Below are positions 1 through 9,735 of a DNA stretch of 45,180 nt, piece after piece. Location of the stretch: assembly GCA_040754655.1 (NCBI GenBank), contig JBFMCE010000016.1, forward strand, positions 1 to 45,180, in the 5' to 3' direction. Source of the stretch: Bdellovibrionota bacterium (GTDB lineage Bacteria; Bdellovibrionota; UBA1018; UBA923). Made by a program: the position numbers and the translations under genes. Numbering within the stretch: the stretch's first letter is position 1; the number at the start of each line of letters is the position of its first letter. A model generated the notes under the pieces. It was not told where the DNA came from, did not search any database, and saw nothing but the letters and a program-made list of their open reading frames with translations.

Positions 1-25
1 GAATGAGCTACTGACCTAGCCCATA

Positions 26-1192
26 CTACCCAGCAATAGGCCTCTCTTCAGGAGCCACTCCCACCAAAACCCCGCTAAACTCGGCGCGATCCTTTTGTAT
101 CGCATGCGGGGTTCCACACGGCGACACATGGCCGTAAAACGAAGCATGAAGTCGTTTCACATAGTCTTCGACTTGATCTTTGGGGACAAGCTCCTGATTA
201 AGATGCCCAGAGCCGTCAAGCGTCGTCACCAAGGCGCCCTCTTTGCTCTCTTCAAGTTCAAGATTCAATGCATTCGAAACCTCTTGCCAAGCCCGGTTGT
301 CGGTCCAAATCGATAGGCGAAAAACGCCAGATTGATCGGTGATCCGAACTGCCACGATGCCTTCTGAACGCAATATGCTCTCAGCCATACTAAGCGCCGA
401 CTCAGAAGTGAAACGCACGATAACAATGTTTTTATTTACAGCGATCATGGGCATCGGCAGCCCAGAGCCGATAATGCTTCCGATTTGACCATCCTTAGCG
501 CTCCGACAGATAATACGAACACCAGATTGCTTCGCATGGGCCACGCACCCGTAATGTAAAACCTTCGATCCTGCCCTCGACATTTCAATGATCGCATCGT
601 ACGGAACTTCACGAAGCAATCTTGCCTCTTTGACTGCATAAGGATCGGCGGAATAAACCCCAGGCACATCTGAAAAAATTTCGCACTCTTGCAGGCCCAA
701 CATTGACGCCATCAAAACCGCCGTAAGGTCTGAGCTATTCCGGCCTAGCATCGTTAGCCGAGACTTGCCGTCTACGGCCTGTCCACCAGCGACAACGACG
801 ACCTTATTTGTCTTCAATGCGTCTTTTAGGTTCTTTTTGATGTAATTGATAGGCCGTGCCCGAGTGAACTTTGAATCGCTTACGATGCCTAACTGATACC
901 CTGTAAGATGCGTGACACTAGCCTCTACTCTCTCAATCGCAGCCCTCATTAGCGCGCTAGCAAGAATTTCGCCAGATCCAAGCAATGAATCGGTCGTTTC
1001 AAGCGACATATTGTTGTTCACAAGAGAGCCGGTCTCAAGCAATCTGCCCGTAGTACCAGACATCGCACTTACGACAACGACGGCTCTTTCAGTATCGCTT
1101 GCAAGCCGCTCACTCACGTAACGGGCGACATCATTGTAGCTTTCAAGTCTCGGAAAAGAAGAACCGCCAAACTTGAATATCCTGGTTTTCAT
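26..1192 (-). CDS. Aspartokinase-family amino acid kinase (divergent, probably pathway-specific paralog)
   Basis: Motifs [31 protein letters not shown] (canonical LGRGGSD), [22 protein letters not shown]. The C-terminal region is not a clear canonical ACT pair. Starts 4 nt after the asd stop. Confidence 0.85.
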   Translation of the reverse strand: MKTRIFKFGGSSFPRLESYNDVARYVSERLASDTERAVVVVSAMSGTTGRLLETGSLVNNNMSLETTDSLLGSGEILASALMRAAIERVEASVTHLTGYQLGIVSDSKFTRARPINYIKKNLKDALKTNKVVVVAGGQAVDGKSRLTMLGRNSSDLTAVLMASMLGLQECEIFSDVPGVYSADPYAVKEARLLREVPYDAIIEMSRAGSKVLHYGCVAHAKQSGVRIICRSAKDGQIGSIIGSGLPMPMIAVNKNIVIVRFTSESALSMAESILRSEGIVAVRITDQSGVFRLSIWTDNRAWQEVSNALNLELEESKEGALVTTLDGSGHLNQELVPKDQVEDYVKRLHASFYGHVSPCGTPHAIQKDRAEFSGVLVGVAPEERPIAG

Positions 1193-1196
1193 CGTT

Positions 1197-2216
1197 TTAC
1201 TCCATCCTCAACAATGACTGCTCGGCGATCTGAATTGCATTCAACGCCGCCCCGATTCTAAGATTGTCAGCGCTGATCCAACACCACAGCGCATGCTCAT
1301 TTTCAGGGTGTTTTCGAATTCTTCCTACATGCACACGGTTTTTTTGACTGAGAAATCTCGGTGTAGGATAGTCATTGCCCTCAAAAACTTCGATTTCTTC
1401 AGACTTGCGCAACAACTCAACCACTCTCTTGGGCTCCACAGCCTTGATCGTTTCTAAATACACGGCTTCGCTATGACCATTCATCACCGGAACACGAACT
1501 GCAGTTGCTGAGACGTTAAGTTTTGGCAACGATAGAATGCGACGGCTCTCTTGAAGCATCTTCTGCTCTTCAAGTGTAAACCCATTCTCGAGAAAAACAT
1601 CGATCTGAGGAACAACGTTAAACGCTAGCGGCCGCGGAAACTTCCGAGAATTACGATCCATCGGGTCAACCAAAGCAGCCCGAATTCCTTCCGTAAGTTC
1701 GTTCATCCCAGTGAGGCCTCCTCCTGAAGCAGCTTGGTAGGTAGATACGATCGCCTTTTGCAGGCCGAACTCTTTGTGAATTGGATCAAGTACGCGTACC
1801 ATTTGAATAGTGGAACAATTGGGATTAGCAATAATACCTGAACTCGGCCTGCGATGTAGCAAATGCCCATTTACTTGAGGTACAACTAGCGGCGTGTTTG
1901 CATCCATCCGAAAAGCGTTCGTGTTGTCGATTACGAGTGCCCCCTGTGCAGCAGCTTTTCTTGCCCATGTTTTGCTTAGTTCGGTACCCGCTGAAAAAAA
2001 AGCGATATCGACCCGAGAAAAATCAAAAGTTTCCAATCTCTGAATCGTATGAGATCGATTACGAAAATCGATGGTTTTTCCCACTGACCGTTCAGAAGCA
2101 ATCAAATGCAACTCACTAAAGGGAAACGCTCTTTCTTCCATCAGTGTTAGAAGCTCTGCGCCCACAGCTCCCGTGGCGCCAACAATTGCAATCCGTGGTC
2201 TTTCAGTTAGTTTCAT
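1197..2216 (-). CDS. asd: Aspartate-semialdehyde dehydrogenase
   Basis: GATGAVG Rossmann motif, catalytic [53 protein letters not shown]. Confidence 0.93.
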   Translation of the reverse strand: MKLTERPRIAIVGATGAVGAELLTLMEERAFPFSELHLIASERSVGKTIDFRNRSHTIQRLETFDFSRVDIAFFSAGTELSKTWARKAAAQGALVIDNTNAFRMDANTPLVVPQVNGHLLHRRPSSGIIANPNCSTIQMVRVLDPIHKEFGLQKAIVSTYQAASGGGLTGMNELTEGIRAALVDPMDRNSRKFPRPLAFNVVPQIDVFLENGFTLEEQKMLQESRRILSLPKLNVSATAVRVPVMNGHSEAVYLETIKAVEPKRVVELLRKSEEIEVFEGNDYPTPRFLSQKNRVHVGRIRKHPENEHALWCWISADNLRIGAALNAIQIAEQSLLRME

Positions 2217-2241
2217 AAAACAACTTCCTCTCTGCCTTTTT

Positions 2242-3429
2242 TTAAATTTGGCTGAATACTGATTTGTTATTTTCGACCATTAAGATGGGGTCTTGTTTTT
2301 CGGTTGTGCTTACTTGTGCCGAGGATCTGCTTAAACTCTCAAACACGGCGTCGATGCAATTAAACAAACCCCAGTTCTCGGCGTAGGGAGTGTTGTAACC
2401 GGGATATTTTTTGTTAATATCAAATTGCCGATTATAGATGAAATTTGCCCATTCTTTGCATCTTGGATGTCGATGGTGATAGTCATGCACCGGAAGATCT
2501 CCACTGAGAACGGAGACGCGACAGGGCAAGTGTACAAACAACATTCGTAGAGACCATCTCGTCCAATTGAACACGTTCTTTATAGGGTCAGTAGAATGTT
2601 CAGGTGCCGCCTCACCTAGGAATCTTCCCGCGGTTAGACTACACATTCTGTCTTTGGCGTTTTCATCTCCGGTAGGGTCTTTCAACCAGAAATGCAATGA
2701 AGAGAAGTTCAATAGCGCTGCGCAATGGTATAACGGAAAGAGCGGCAAGAGCCACGTCAACGCAAAGGCAGTCCACAACTCGTATTTTGCTACCGCCAAG
2801 AGCAGCGCTCCACTGTAAATGAATGACATCATGCGCCTGTAAAGCGGTGCCGAGATGAAGTTTGATTTCATCCGCGCAAAAAAGAAGAGCGCATGAAACC
2901 TCGGCGAAACTGTGGTTATCCAAAGCCTTCGCCAAAGGTCTGTTTTGCTCATCCCCGGCCTGAACCCAAGTTTCAATAAAAATGCGCAGTCGGGATCTTC
3001 CTTGCTCGACAGATGCTTCGTGTGATGAATGAGGATATGTTCCCGATAATACGAATCGAAATGATCAACCCATACAAATGTCGACAACAACTGCGCCATA
3101 GCTAAGTCGACTCTTCGATTTCCACTATAGTTGCCATGCGAGCATTGATGCACCAAAGTGACTTGTATCTTTCGAGCCGCACCTACCACACCCATCCAGC
3201 ACAGCGGAAGGAACATACTCCCTAAAAGAGGCGAGTTTTTAAGAAGTACCATGTTTGCCAGGGGAGCTCCGAACAAGAGCACCAGTGCCGGTGCGGTTTG
3301 AGTAAATGCATTTCCTTTGAAGAGAGGTTTTTGCTCATGTAATGGCTTTCCGGTCATCCACGTAATAATCGGTTGCAAGAAAGCAGGCAAAACTCGCATT
3401 GATTCTCGAACATCCCTAATTTCATTCAT
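2242..3429 (-). CDS. Membrane di-iron fatty-acid-desaturase-superfamily enzyme (desaturase/hydroxylase, substrate unknown)
   Basis: Three His boxes (HQCSH, HILIHH, HDYHH) separated by hydrophobic segments. ATGA overlap with the mutase S gene. Confidence 0.85.
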   Translation of the reverse strand: MNEIRDVRESMRVLPAFLQPIITWMTGKPLHEQKPLFKGNAFTQTAPALVLLFGAPLANMVLLKNSPLLGSMFLPLCWMGVVGAARKIQVTLVHQCSHGNYSGNRRVDLAMAQLLSTFVWVDHFDSYYREHILIHHTKHLSSKEDPDCAFLLKLGFRPGMSKTDLWRRLWITTVSPRFHALFFFARMKSNFISAPLYRRMMSFIYSGALLLAVAKYELWTAFALTWLLPLFPLYHCAALLNFSSLHFWLKDPTGDENAKDRMCSLTAGRFLGEAAPEHSTDPIKNVFNWTRWSLRMLFVHLPCRVSVLSGDLPVHDYHHRHPRCKEWANFIYNRQFDINKKYPGYNTPYAENWGLFNCIDAVFESLSRSSAQVSTTEKQDPILMVENNKSVFSQI

Positions 3430-3848
3430 ACGACTAGCCTTTCATTTTGGTTGAGGTGTTCAAGAGCGGGCAAAAGTTCATTTATAGAATCCAGTACGAC
3501 ATCGACTCCGATCTCAAAGAACTTCTCAAGGTCTTTTCGGTTCTTGTCGGCACCAACACTCAGATTTCCTCCAAGGATGACTGGGCAGCGAATCTTTCCC
3601 TCTTCCTTATATTGAAGCAGTTCTTTTAGATCCCCGAGTGCATGCCCGTTCAAGCTGCCAATCACCAAGGCGCTTGCATCTGGATTCCAGCAGTAAGCCT
3701 CTGCAAATTCTGCAACCGAGGTACATGGCCCAAGGTTGACCACCTCATATCCATTTGTTCTAAGTTGATATGCGATCAGGTGATTTGCGACCACATGTGC
3801 ATCACTTTCAGTCACCCCAAGAATGATTTTTGATTTATTTTTTTTCAT
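3426..3848 (-). CDS. glmS: Glutamate (methylaspartate) mutase small, cobalamin-binding subunit
   Basis: 140 aa B12-binding domain: GVTESDAHVVANHLI (DxHxx[G/A]), VVNLG, GSLNGH, LGGNLSVG. ATGA overlap with the large-subunit gene. Confidence 0.9.
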   Translation of the reverse strand: MKKNKSKIILGVTESDAHVVANHLIAYQLRTNGYEVVNLGPCTSVAEFAEAYCWNPDASALVIGSLNGHALGDLKELLQYKEEGKIRCPVILGGNLSVGADKNRKDLEKFFEIGVDVVLDSINELLPALEHLNQNERLVV

Positions 3849-5236
3849 ACTGCTTTCCTCGCGCGATAATGTCCGTCACTGAAAAAGAAAATATCCTGAG
3901 AGATACGCGTAGCCAGGTCTTTGATTTCAAAAGAATCCGAGACAAGACGTCGATTACGATTCTGAGTCTCGCGTGAAAACGCTAACTTTCCTTGTGAGTG
4001 GTAACGAATCGCTCCATCGGCATCCCGAACTGGCAACACCTCGGACTTCGCATATCGACTGCTACTGAAGGGCATATCAAGATAGCCATGCTCGAATGCC
4101 CAAATGATCGCCTCTTGTAACGAGGTCTTTTGCGCATATTCGAGCACTGGAGCGATGATTTCCTCTACTTCTCGGATGATCCATCTCTGCTCTTCTTGAA
4201 CCAAGCTCTCATCAATAGAGACAAAGTCGAACATCGCCGCACTTGCCATTCGAGCCGTTCGGATGCCGCCAGCATTAGATTCCACCGACGGAATACCATA
4301 TGCCTCTTGGTTGCTCTTTGTGATGAGTTTTGTCGCTCCGGCAAGCCTGCCAACCATCGCGCCATAAAAGATGAGCGCATCCGCTTCGATCACGTCTTTT
4401 GGAAATGAACCCATGAACTCATGAAGTACCGGGTATACCGCTGTTCCTTCTGGCAGGTATTTAGAGGCAAGCTCCAAGATAGACCTGAGCGCGGCGACAT
4501 CTTGGACCACATTGCCGCCCTGTGGGTACGAAATTGAAAGGCAACGCACGCCATCGTTTGTCGCGAGCATGCCTTCGAGCAATGTAAATGCGAGGCTTAT
4601 CGCCGGCGGCATCAGGACGGCCGATAGAGTCCCGAAGAGCTCACGATCGATGATGACTCCATGTTGAGCCAATTTCCCACAAACACGATCAACGTAACTC
4701 CAGGCGCGAAGCGAGTGGCGCAGCGGCACGTCTTTGCAGTACGGCAGGTTATAGCAAATACCTCCGCCCTCAAAAGAAGTGATCCCACCCGCGATCGCCA
4801 CTTCGAATAAAAGACGCGCATCAGGTGAGCCATGTCTAATCTCTAATGGAGCATCAATACTCATCTCCAGTTCACGAGCTTTTTCATATCCGTGATTGAT
4901 CAAAGGGTACCCATTGAGTTTCCTAGGATCCGTACGCAACGCCTCGCTGGCCTGATCTAACTTGAGGAGGCGGGTGTAAGAATCGATCGTCACAGACAGG
5001 ATGTCAGGCCGGGACAATCCTTCTAAAGTCCGGAGCAAGTCAACCATCTCCTTGTGATCGCCAACGCCACAACGTGGTTGATAAAGCATTTTCTTGTCTG
5101 CTTTTGCAGTCGAAAGCAGTTGAGCTACAGTGGGCTTTGTTCTTGCTTTGAATAAATTCACCGTCTCTTCCAGGGATGGAAGTTGGATCGAAGATTGTTC
5201 TATCAACGCTTGTCTTTCGAGCTGGATCATCCTCAT
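3845..5236 (-). CDS. glmE: Glutamate (methylaspartate) mutase large (epsilon) subunit
   Basis: YQPRCGV, TIDSYTR, LNGYPLINHG, RHGSPD, EGGGICYNLPY, RELFGTL, HEFMG, KSNQEAYGIP, LDMPFS, RDADGAIRY. Start set at ATG 5236 because AAGGAGAG precedes it (ORF track starts at 5251). Confidence 0.92.
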   Translation of the reverse strand: MRMIQLERQALIEQSSIQLPSLEETVNLFKARTKPTVAQLLSTAKADKKMLYQPRCGVGDHKEMVDLLRTLEGLSRPDILSVTIDSYTRLLKLDQASEALRTDPRKLNGYPLINHGYEKARELEMSIDAPLEIRHGSPDARLLFEVAIAGGITSFEGGGICYNLPYCKDVPLRHSLRAWSYVDRVCGKLAQHGVIIDRELFGTLSAVLMPPAISLAFTLLEGMLATNDGVRCLSISYPQGGNVVQDVAALRSILELASKYLPEGTAVYPVLHEFMGSFPKDVIEADALIFYGAMVGRLAGATKLITKSNQEAYGIPSVESNAGGIRTARMASAAMFDFVSIDESLVQEEQRWIIREVEEIIAPVLEYAQKTSLQEAIIWAFEHGYLDMPFSSSRYAKSEVLPVRDADGAIRYHSQGKLAFSRETQNRNRRLVSDSFEIKDLATRISQDIFFFSDGHYRARKAV

Positions 5237-5270
5237 TTTTCTCTCCTTCATGAGCAGCTGCCGTCACTTC

Positions 5271-5286
5271 AGCAACACCTGTGCCA
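5271..5286 (-). promoter_or_regulatory. sigma54 (-24/-12) promoter of the mutase-desaturase-asd-kinase operon
   Basis: Minus strand reads TGGCACAGGTGTTGCT: exact GG-N10-GC spacing, correctly oriented, about 35 nt upstream of the start codon. Confidence 0.8.
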
Positions 5287-5428
5287 CTAGGCTATCAAGC
5301 TTGAACCTCTAGAAATCGTGGCTCTCGGCTGTCCGTAATTCGGGACTTCCGACCATCCACCCCGCAAAAGTGCTCGGAAAAACATTCAGTGTTAGAGGTC
5401 CGGAAGCTCAGACGTTGAGGAACCCCGG

Positions 5429-5444
5429 TGGCATGCGGATTGCT
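5429..5444 (+). promoter_or_regulatory. sigma54 (-24/-12) promoter of the ATP-grasp/EamA operon
   Basis: TGGCATGCGGATTGCT with GG-N10-GC spacing, followed by RBS AGGAGG (5471-5476) and ATG 5483. Confidence 0.78.
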
Positions 5445-5482
5445 GATGGGCACACCGAGAGAAATTTAACAGGAGGTCTTCA

Positions 5483-6727
5483 ATGGAATTTGTATTGATA
5501 TTGGGCGGTGAGTTTCAATTGAGAGAACGGGTGCTCGCCGGCAGCATCCGAGCTTCAAACGGATTGCCAACCGTCACTGTTGCGAAAAACCGCGTAGGAA
5601 ACCACATTAAATTCTTTGACGATGTCATCACGGCAAACGTGATGGATCCAAAGAACGTCGTCGCCGCGGTCAGGGACTATGTAAAATCATCAGGCCGCAA
5701 GATCGCGGCCGTCGCGCCCATGAATGACTTCGTTGTGCGATCAGGCCTTGCCGTCGCTGAAGCATTTGGCTTGAACTACAATTCAAGGGACACCGTAGAG
5801 ATGTGCCGAGATAAATTCTTGATGAAAGAACGTCTCGCCAAGTTTGATGTTCCCATTCCTCGATACGGAAAATTTCGTACGATCGAAGAACTCGAAGTGA
5901 TTGCAAAAAAAATCGGCTATCCTCTCGTGATCAAACCCATTGAGCTAGCCGGTAGCGTTGGCGTGCTGAAAGTCACGGACCATGCCCAATTGGTGGGTGC
6001 ATTTGAGAAGTGCATGGCCGATATCAAAAAACTAGGTGGCGTCTTCATGACTGCCGAAGATCTTTTTCAGGCTGAGGAATACATAGAAGCTCAAAGTGAA
6101 GTCAGCGTCGAGGTGATCAATGGGCCAGATTTCCACAAAGTAATCGCAGTCACGGAGAAATACCTGGGAAACGAGCCTTATTTCGTTGAAATAGGGCATA
6201 GCGTGCCTTCTCGCCATACGAACAATGAAAAATTAAGGCAAATCGCTGAAAGCGCCTGCGAGTCATTGGGCATCAAGTATGGAATGGCTCACGTAGAGGC
6301 TCGAATTACGCCGGGCGGAGACATTCGAGTGATCGAAGTAGGAGCAAGAACGGGTGGAGATGCCATCATGGACCTAGTCGAGCGAGCCTACGGAATAAAC
6401 CCCTACGAAATGCATGTGGCGAGTTATCTGGGCTGCCTGAGACGTGCGCCAATGAACCTCAAAGAACGAGGTGTCGCGGCTGTCGCTTTCTTGAAATCCA
6501 AACCAGGGACTATTCGAAGAATTAAGCCAATGACTCAGTTCGAACCGGCAATTGTGAACGTGCAAATCACGGCGAAACCCGGGGACATTTCGCGGGAACC
6601 GATTTCTTGGGCCGCTCGCGAAGGATCTGTTGAGTTTTTTTGGCCACGAAGAAACTCGACGGAGCTTCTTACCGATCACCTCGATACAGCTAAATCACTT
6701 TCTGAAGAACTTTTTACGGTGGAATAA
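5483..6727 (+). CDS. ATP-grasp ligase, L-amino-acid-ligase-like
   Basis: DKFLMKE, GYPLVIKP, GSVGV, EEYI, EVSVE, HVEARI, IEVGARTGGD. 414 aa; strong RBS. Confidence 0.88.
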   Translation: MEFVLILGGEFQLRERVLAGSIRASNGLPTVTVAKNRVGNHIKFFDDVITANVMDPKNVVAAVRDYVKSSGRKIAAVAPMNDFVVRSGLAVAEAFGLNYNSRDTVEMCRDKFLMKERLAKFDVPIPRYGKFRTIEELEVIAKKIGYPLVIKPIELAGSVGVLKVTDHAQLVGAFEKCMADIKKLGGVFMTAEDLFQAEEYIEAQSEVSVEVINGPDFHKVIAVTEKYLGNEPYFVEIGHSVPSRHTNNEKLRQIAESACESLGIKYGMAHVEARITPGGDIRVIEVGARTGGDAIMDLVERAYGINPYEMHVASYLGCLRRAPMNLKERGVAAVAFLKSKPGTIRRIKPMTQFEPAIVNVQITAKPGDISREPISWAAREGSVEFFWPRRNSTELLTDHLDTAKSLSEELFTVE

Positions 6728-6735
6728 GGAAAAAT

Positions 6736-7707
6736 ATGATCATCAACAATACAGTCGTTTCTGGAATCTTGTGCGTACTGTTCTATAACCTGCTTTCAGC
6801 CACTAAAGGGGTCTACCTAGGATCGCTCCTGCAAAGATTCGATCCCATCCTATTGTTGTTCGCAAGTTTTTCAGTGGTCACATTGTTTTTCTCCACAATT
6901 GGATTCATCAAGAGAGGTTCAGATTCCGCCGGCAAGGGTGAAGCTGCGATATCGATCGGGAAACACAAGTTTGACGTTGTCATGGTAAATTTCCTTACAG
7001 CCTCGGCCTGGATCACGTTCTTTTATGCGCTGAAAAACCTTGAACCGGCGGTGGGAAGCGCATTAGCCAATGCCCTTATTCCCATTTCCACGCTGCTTTT
7101 AGGCCTATTGTTGCGAACCGCCGCTGCTCCGAAGCACCTTGAAGTTGTTAGCGCGCTTGGCGTCTTGATAGGCGTCTATCTCTTAGTAGACGCTGTTTGG
7201 GCCGGAAAAAGTGGTCTTTCGGAAATGTCGTCGGAAAGAACCCAATTAGGGCTCTTGATGGGAATTCTTTGCGGAGTATCAATGGCCGCCAATAATCTAT
7301 TTTCTAAGCGGCTGAACACCAAAGGATGGAGTGCGCGTCAAATCTTGGCGGTACGATTCTATGCTTTGATAATCCTGTCGGTTTGCATGCTCAAGGGAAG
7401 CGACTTTCTTGGGCTCATGAACGTCGAAGCCATCGTGAACGTGCTCGTTATTTCGTTCTTTGGGATCATCATTCCACTCTACTCGTTCCAATTGGGAGTG
7501 CAAAAGCTCGAACCGATGATTGTCTCGCTTACGCTTGCGACAGTTCCGCTCTTTGTATTTGGCGTGCAACTCTTTGATCAACGAGTCAGGTTCTCGCCGC
7601 ACTCGCTGGTCGGAATCGCCGTCATCCTGGTCTTCACGATGTTAGGAGTACTAAGCCGCTTCAAATCAATAAATGTCTTGGCGCTCTTTCAAAGAAAACC
7701 TGCCTAA
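6736..7707 (+). CDS. DMT/EamA-family transporter (probable exporter)
   Basis: About 10 hydrophobic helices in two repeats; FFYALKNLEPA motif; 8 nt after the ATP-grasp stop. Confidence 0.82.
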   Translation: MIINNTVVSGILCVLFYNLLSATKGVYLGSLLQRFDPILLLFASFSVVTLFFSTIGFIKRGSDSAGKGEAAISIGKHKFDVVMVNFLTASAWITFFYALKNLEPAVGSALANALIPISTLLLGLLLRTAAAPKHLEVVSALGVLIGVYLLVDAVWAGKSGLSEMSSERTQLGLLMGILCGVSMAANNLFSKRLNTKGWSARQILAVRFYALIILSVCMLKGSDFLGLMNVEAIVNVLVISFFGIIIPLYSFQLGVQKLEPMIVSLTLATVPLFVFGVQLFDQRVRFSPHSLVGIAVILVFTMLGVLSRFKSINVLALFQRKPA

Positions 7708-7722
7708 TAACCCCGCCATCTG

Positions 7723-7764
7723 GGCCTAGGGACCAATTCTTGGTTCTTAGGCCTCCTCTCTTTT
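7723..7764 (+). terminator. Stem-loop, probable intrinsic terminator
   Basis: GGCCTAGGGACCAA-TTC-TTGGTTCTTAGGCC (14 bp stem with two G-U pairs) followed by TCCTCTCTTTT, 15 nt after the EamA stop, between convergent genes. Confidence 0.6.
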
Positions 7765-7889
7765 CAGACTCTATGCGACCTTATAGGACCGCGAACTCTC
7801 GGCAAGCCGAACCATTTTCCAAGAAGTTATATGTAAGTTATTTTCTATATTTGAATACGATACTTTAGGAGATGCAATTAGAAGCCAAC

Positions 7890-9725
7890 CTAGACTAGGT
7901 TCACTTCTTGCGTAGCCGGAACTGTACCAAAGGATATAGGAATAAAACCGGCCAAAGGTTTAGGTACCAATCCGACACCAAGCCTACGGCACTCTCTTCG
8001 AATTGCATCTTCCTCATAGCGACTGGTGACAAGAACACTTCTCGACTGGATTTCTAAGGTTCTAATTATCTCGAGACCATCATTTACTTGGCCCAAAAGC
8101 TCGTAATCTACCAAATATAAAACTGGGTTCGGATCCTTAACCGCCTTCGCCTTGCACCACTGAATTATTTCATTAGAAGTAGAAAAATGGATCAATTTAA
8201 CGTCGTGTCCCTGAGCATTAATTAAATCGAAACGATTTTGCCATATCTGATGAATCGAGGCATCGTCATCAAGCACAACAACAATGCTTTTTGAAGACAG
8301 CAAGAGATGAGGTACGAACCACTCAGGAGGAGCTACTTTGGGCAAGGAAATGTGAACTATGGTCCCCTTACCAAAGATTGAAGAAATTCGTAATGACCCT
8401 CCCCAAGAAATTAAAGTGGCTTTTGCATGGAAAAGCCCGAGACCCGAGCCTCCCTTCTTGTCATATGTTCGTCCTCTATCACCTAGTTTATCTAGTAGTT
8501 CAGGCGGAATACCCTTCCCATTATCCGTTATAGTCAATATAATTTCCGAACCATGGCTCGTCAGTCCTATTAGAACGGCACCTGCTTCAGAGATGGCTTC
8601 CACCGAATTATTAATTAGATTCGAAAGAAGCCTTTTGAATTCCGAAGCCTGGACTTTGGCAAATAACCCATAAGCTTCTTGATCCAATTTTGCGGATATC
8701 TCAATGCCAATCCTTGATCGGTACTGCATCCTCTTTTCAGTAATCAGTAAATCAATTAGGCTTGGTAAAAGCTCTTGAGAGTATGGCTCTTCTAACGGTC
8801 TGTCATTTTGAATAAGTTTTCCATCTATACCTATTGCTTGCCGGTTTTTGATGAGCAAGTTATTGGCGATATCAGTTATTCTAGATATTGCACTTCTTAC
8901 AATTAGACGGGTTTCCTCAGGTAGTTGATCTAATTGTCCCATAACTGTATCGAGGGCTGCTAACGGAGAACGAATATCATGGGCTACCTGCGTAGCAAAA
9001 ATGCCAACTATGGCCTGTGCCTTCCGATCTTGAAATTTTGTCACCAATCTTTGAACCTGCTCCACAATTGCATTTATCTCTTTTACCCTGGAATCACTAC
9101 GAATTTCTCCTCCAGACCCAGCAAGGATGGGTTCTAACTTTGACTCTAGTGAAAGGAGGGCTTTACGAATATGACGATCTAAGAAGTAACCTATCCAAAT
9201 CGCAAGAATAAGAAAAGACAGAGAGAGCGCTACTATGATTGCCATTAGCGGCTCGGCAGGGCGCATGCCTTCGCTTTCCTCGTCTAGCTTGCGAATCTTA
9301 ATAAGTTTGCCAAAAGTGTTACCGTCAAATGTAATGGGCGCTGATGTTGTTACTGCATTGTTTTCTTGATCAATACAAATTTGCAAACCACCTATAGCTG
9401 AAGTGCAGGAGCCCTTAGGCATCATAGCTTTATCACTTGTCTCCTCAAATCTGGCCTCTACCAAGTTCTCTTGTGCACGGATTCGGCTCAATTGTACTTC
9501 TAGGGCGTCCTTTTGTTCAGAGATAATAAGAGCGGGAAGGATTTGGTTTACTTGTAGCTGTGATGACGCCTGAAGTTTAGACCCAAGGCTCTCCAACCTT
9601 TTTACCGTTTGGCGATTTACATAGCCTCGGTAGAATAAGACTGAGCACAAAAGAACAATGATAAAGGAAACAGCGATAACTCCTAGAACTTGAACCTTTA
9701 GAGATATACATGTTTTTTGCTTCAT
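7890..9725 (-). CDS. Membrane hybrid sensor histidine kinase with C-terminal receiver-like domain
   Basis: Two TM helices around a periplasmic domain; H-box QVAHDIRSPL, N-box NLINNSVEA, DNGKGI, GGSGLGL; receiver residues VLDDD...LVDY...LVTS...PKP. Confidence 0.9.
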   Translation of the reverse strand: MKQKTCISLKVQVLGVIAVSFIIVLLCSVLFYRGYVNRQTVKRLESLGSKLQASSQLQVNQILPALIISEQKDALEVQLSRIRAQENLVEARFEETSDKAMMPKGSCTSAIGGLQICIDQENNAVTTSAPITFDGNTFGKLIKIRKLDEESEGMRPAEPLMAIIVALSLSFLILAIWIGYFLDRHIRKALLSLESKLEPILAGSGGEIRSDSRVKEINAIVEQVQRLVTKFQDRKAQAIVGIFATQVAHDIRSPLAALDTVMGQLDQLPEETRLIVRSAISRITDIANNLLIKNRQAIGIDGKLIQNDRPLEEPYSQELLPSLIDLLITEKRMQYRSRIGIEISAKLDQEAYGLFAKVQASEFKRLLSNLINNSVEAISEAGAVLIGLTSHGSEIILTITDNGKGIPPELLDKLGDRGRTYDKKGGSGLGLFHAKATLISWGGSLRISSIFGKGTIVHISLPKVAPPEWFVPHLLLSSKSIVVVLDDDASIHQIWQNRFDLINAQGHDVKLIHFSTSNEIIQWCKAKAVKDPNPVLYLVDYELLGQVNDGLEIIRTLEIQSRSVLVTSRYEEDAIRRECRRLGVGLVPKPLAGFIPISFGTVPATQEVNLV

Positions 9726-9735
9726 TTGGCCTCAC

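Noticed and set aside
3426..5236. Glutamate fermentation (methylaspartate pathway) operon
   Set aside because: No methylaspartate ammonia-lyase, mesaconase or glmL nearby; the neighbours are biosynthetic and include an O2-dependent enzyme.
5287..5428. Cobalamin riboswitch upstream of the B12-dependent mutase
   Set aside because: No recognisable B12-box on either strand, and the sigma54 box leaves a leader too short to hold one.
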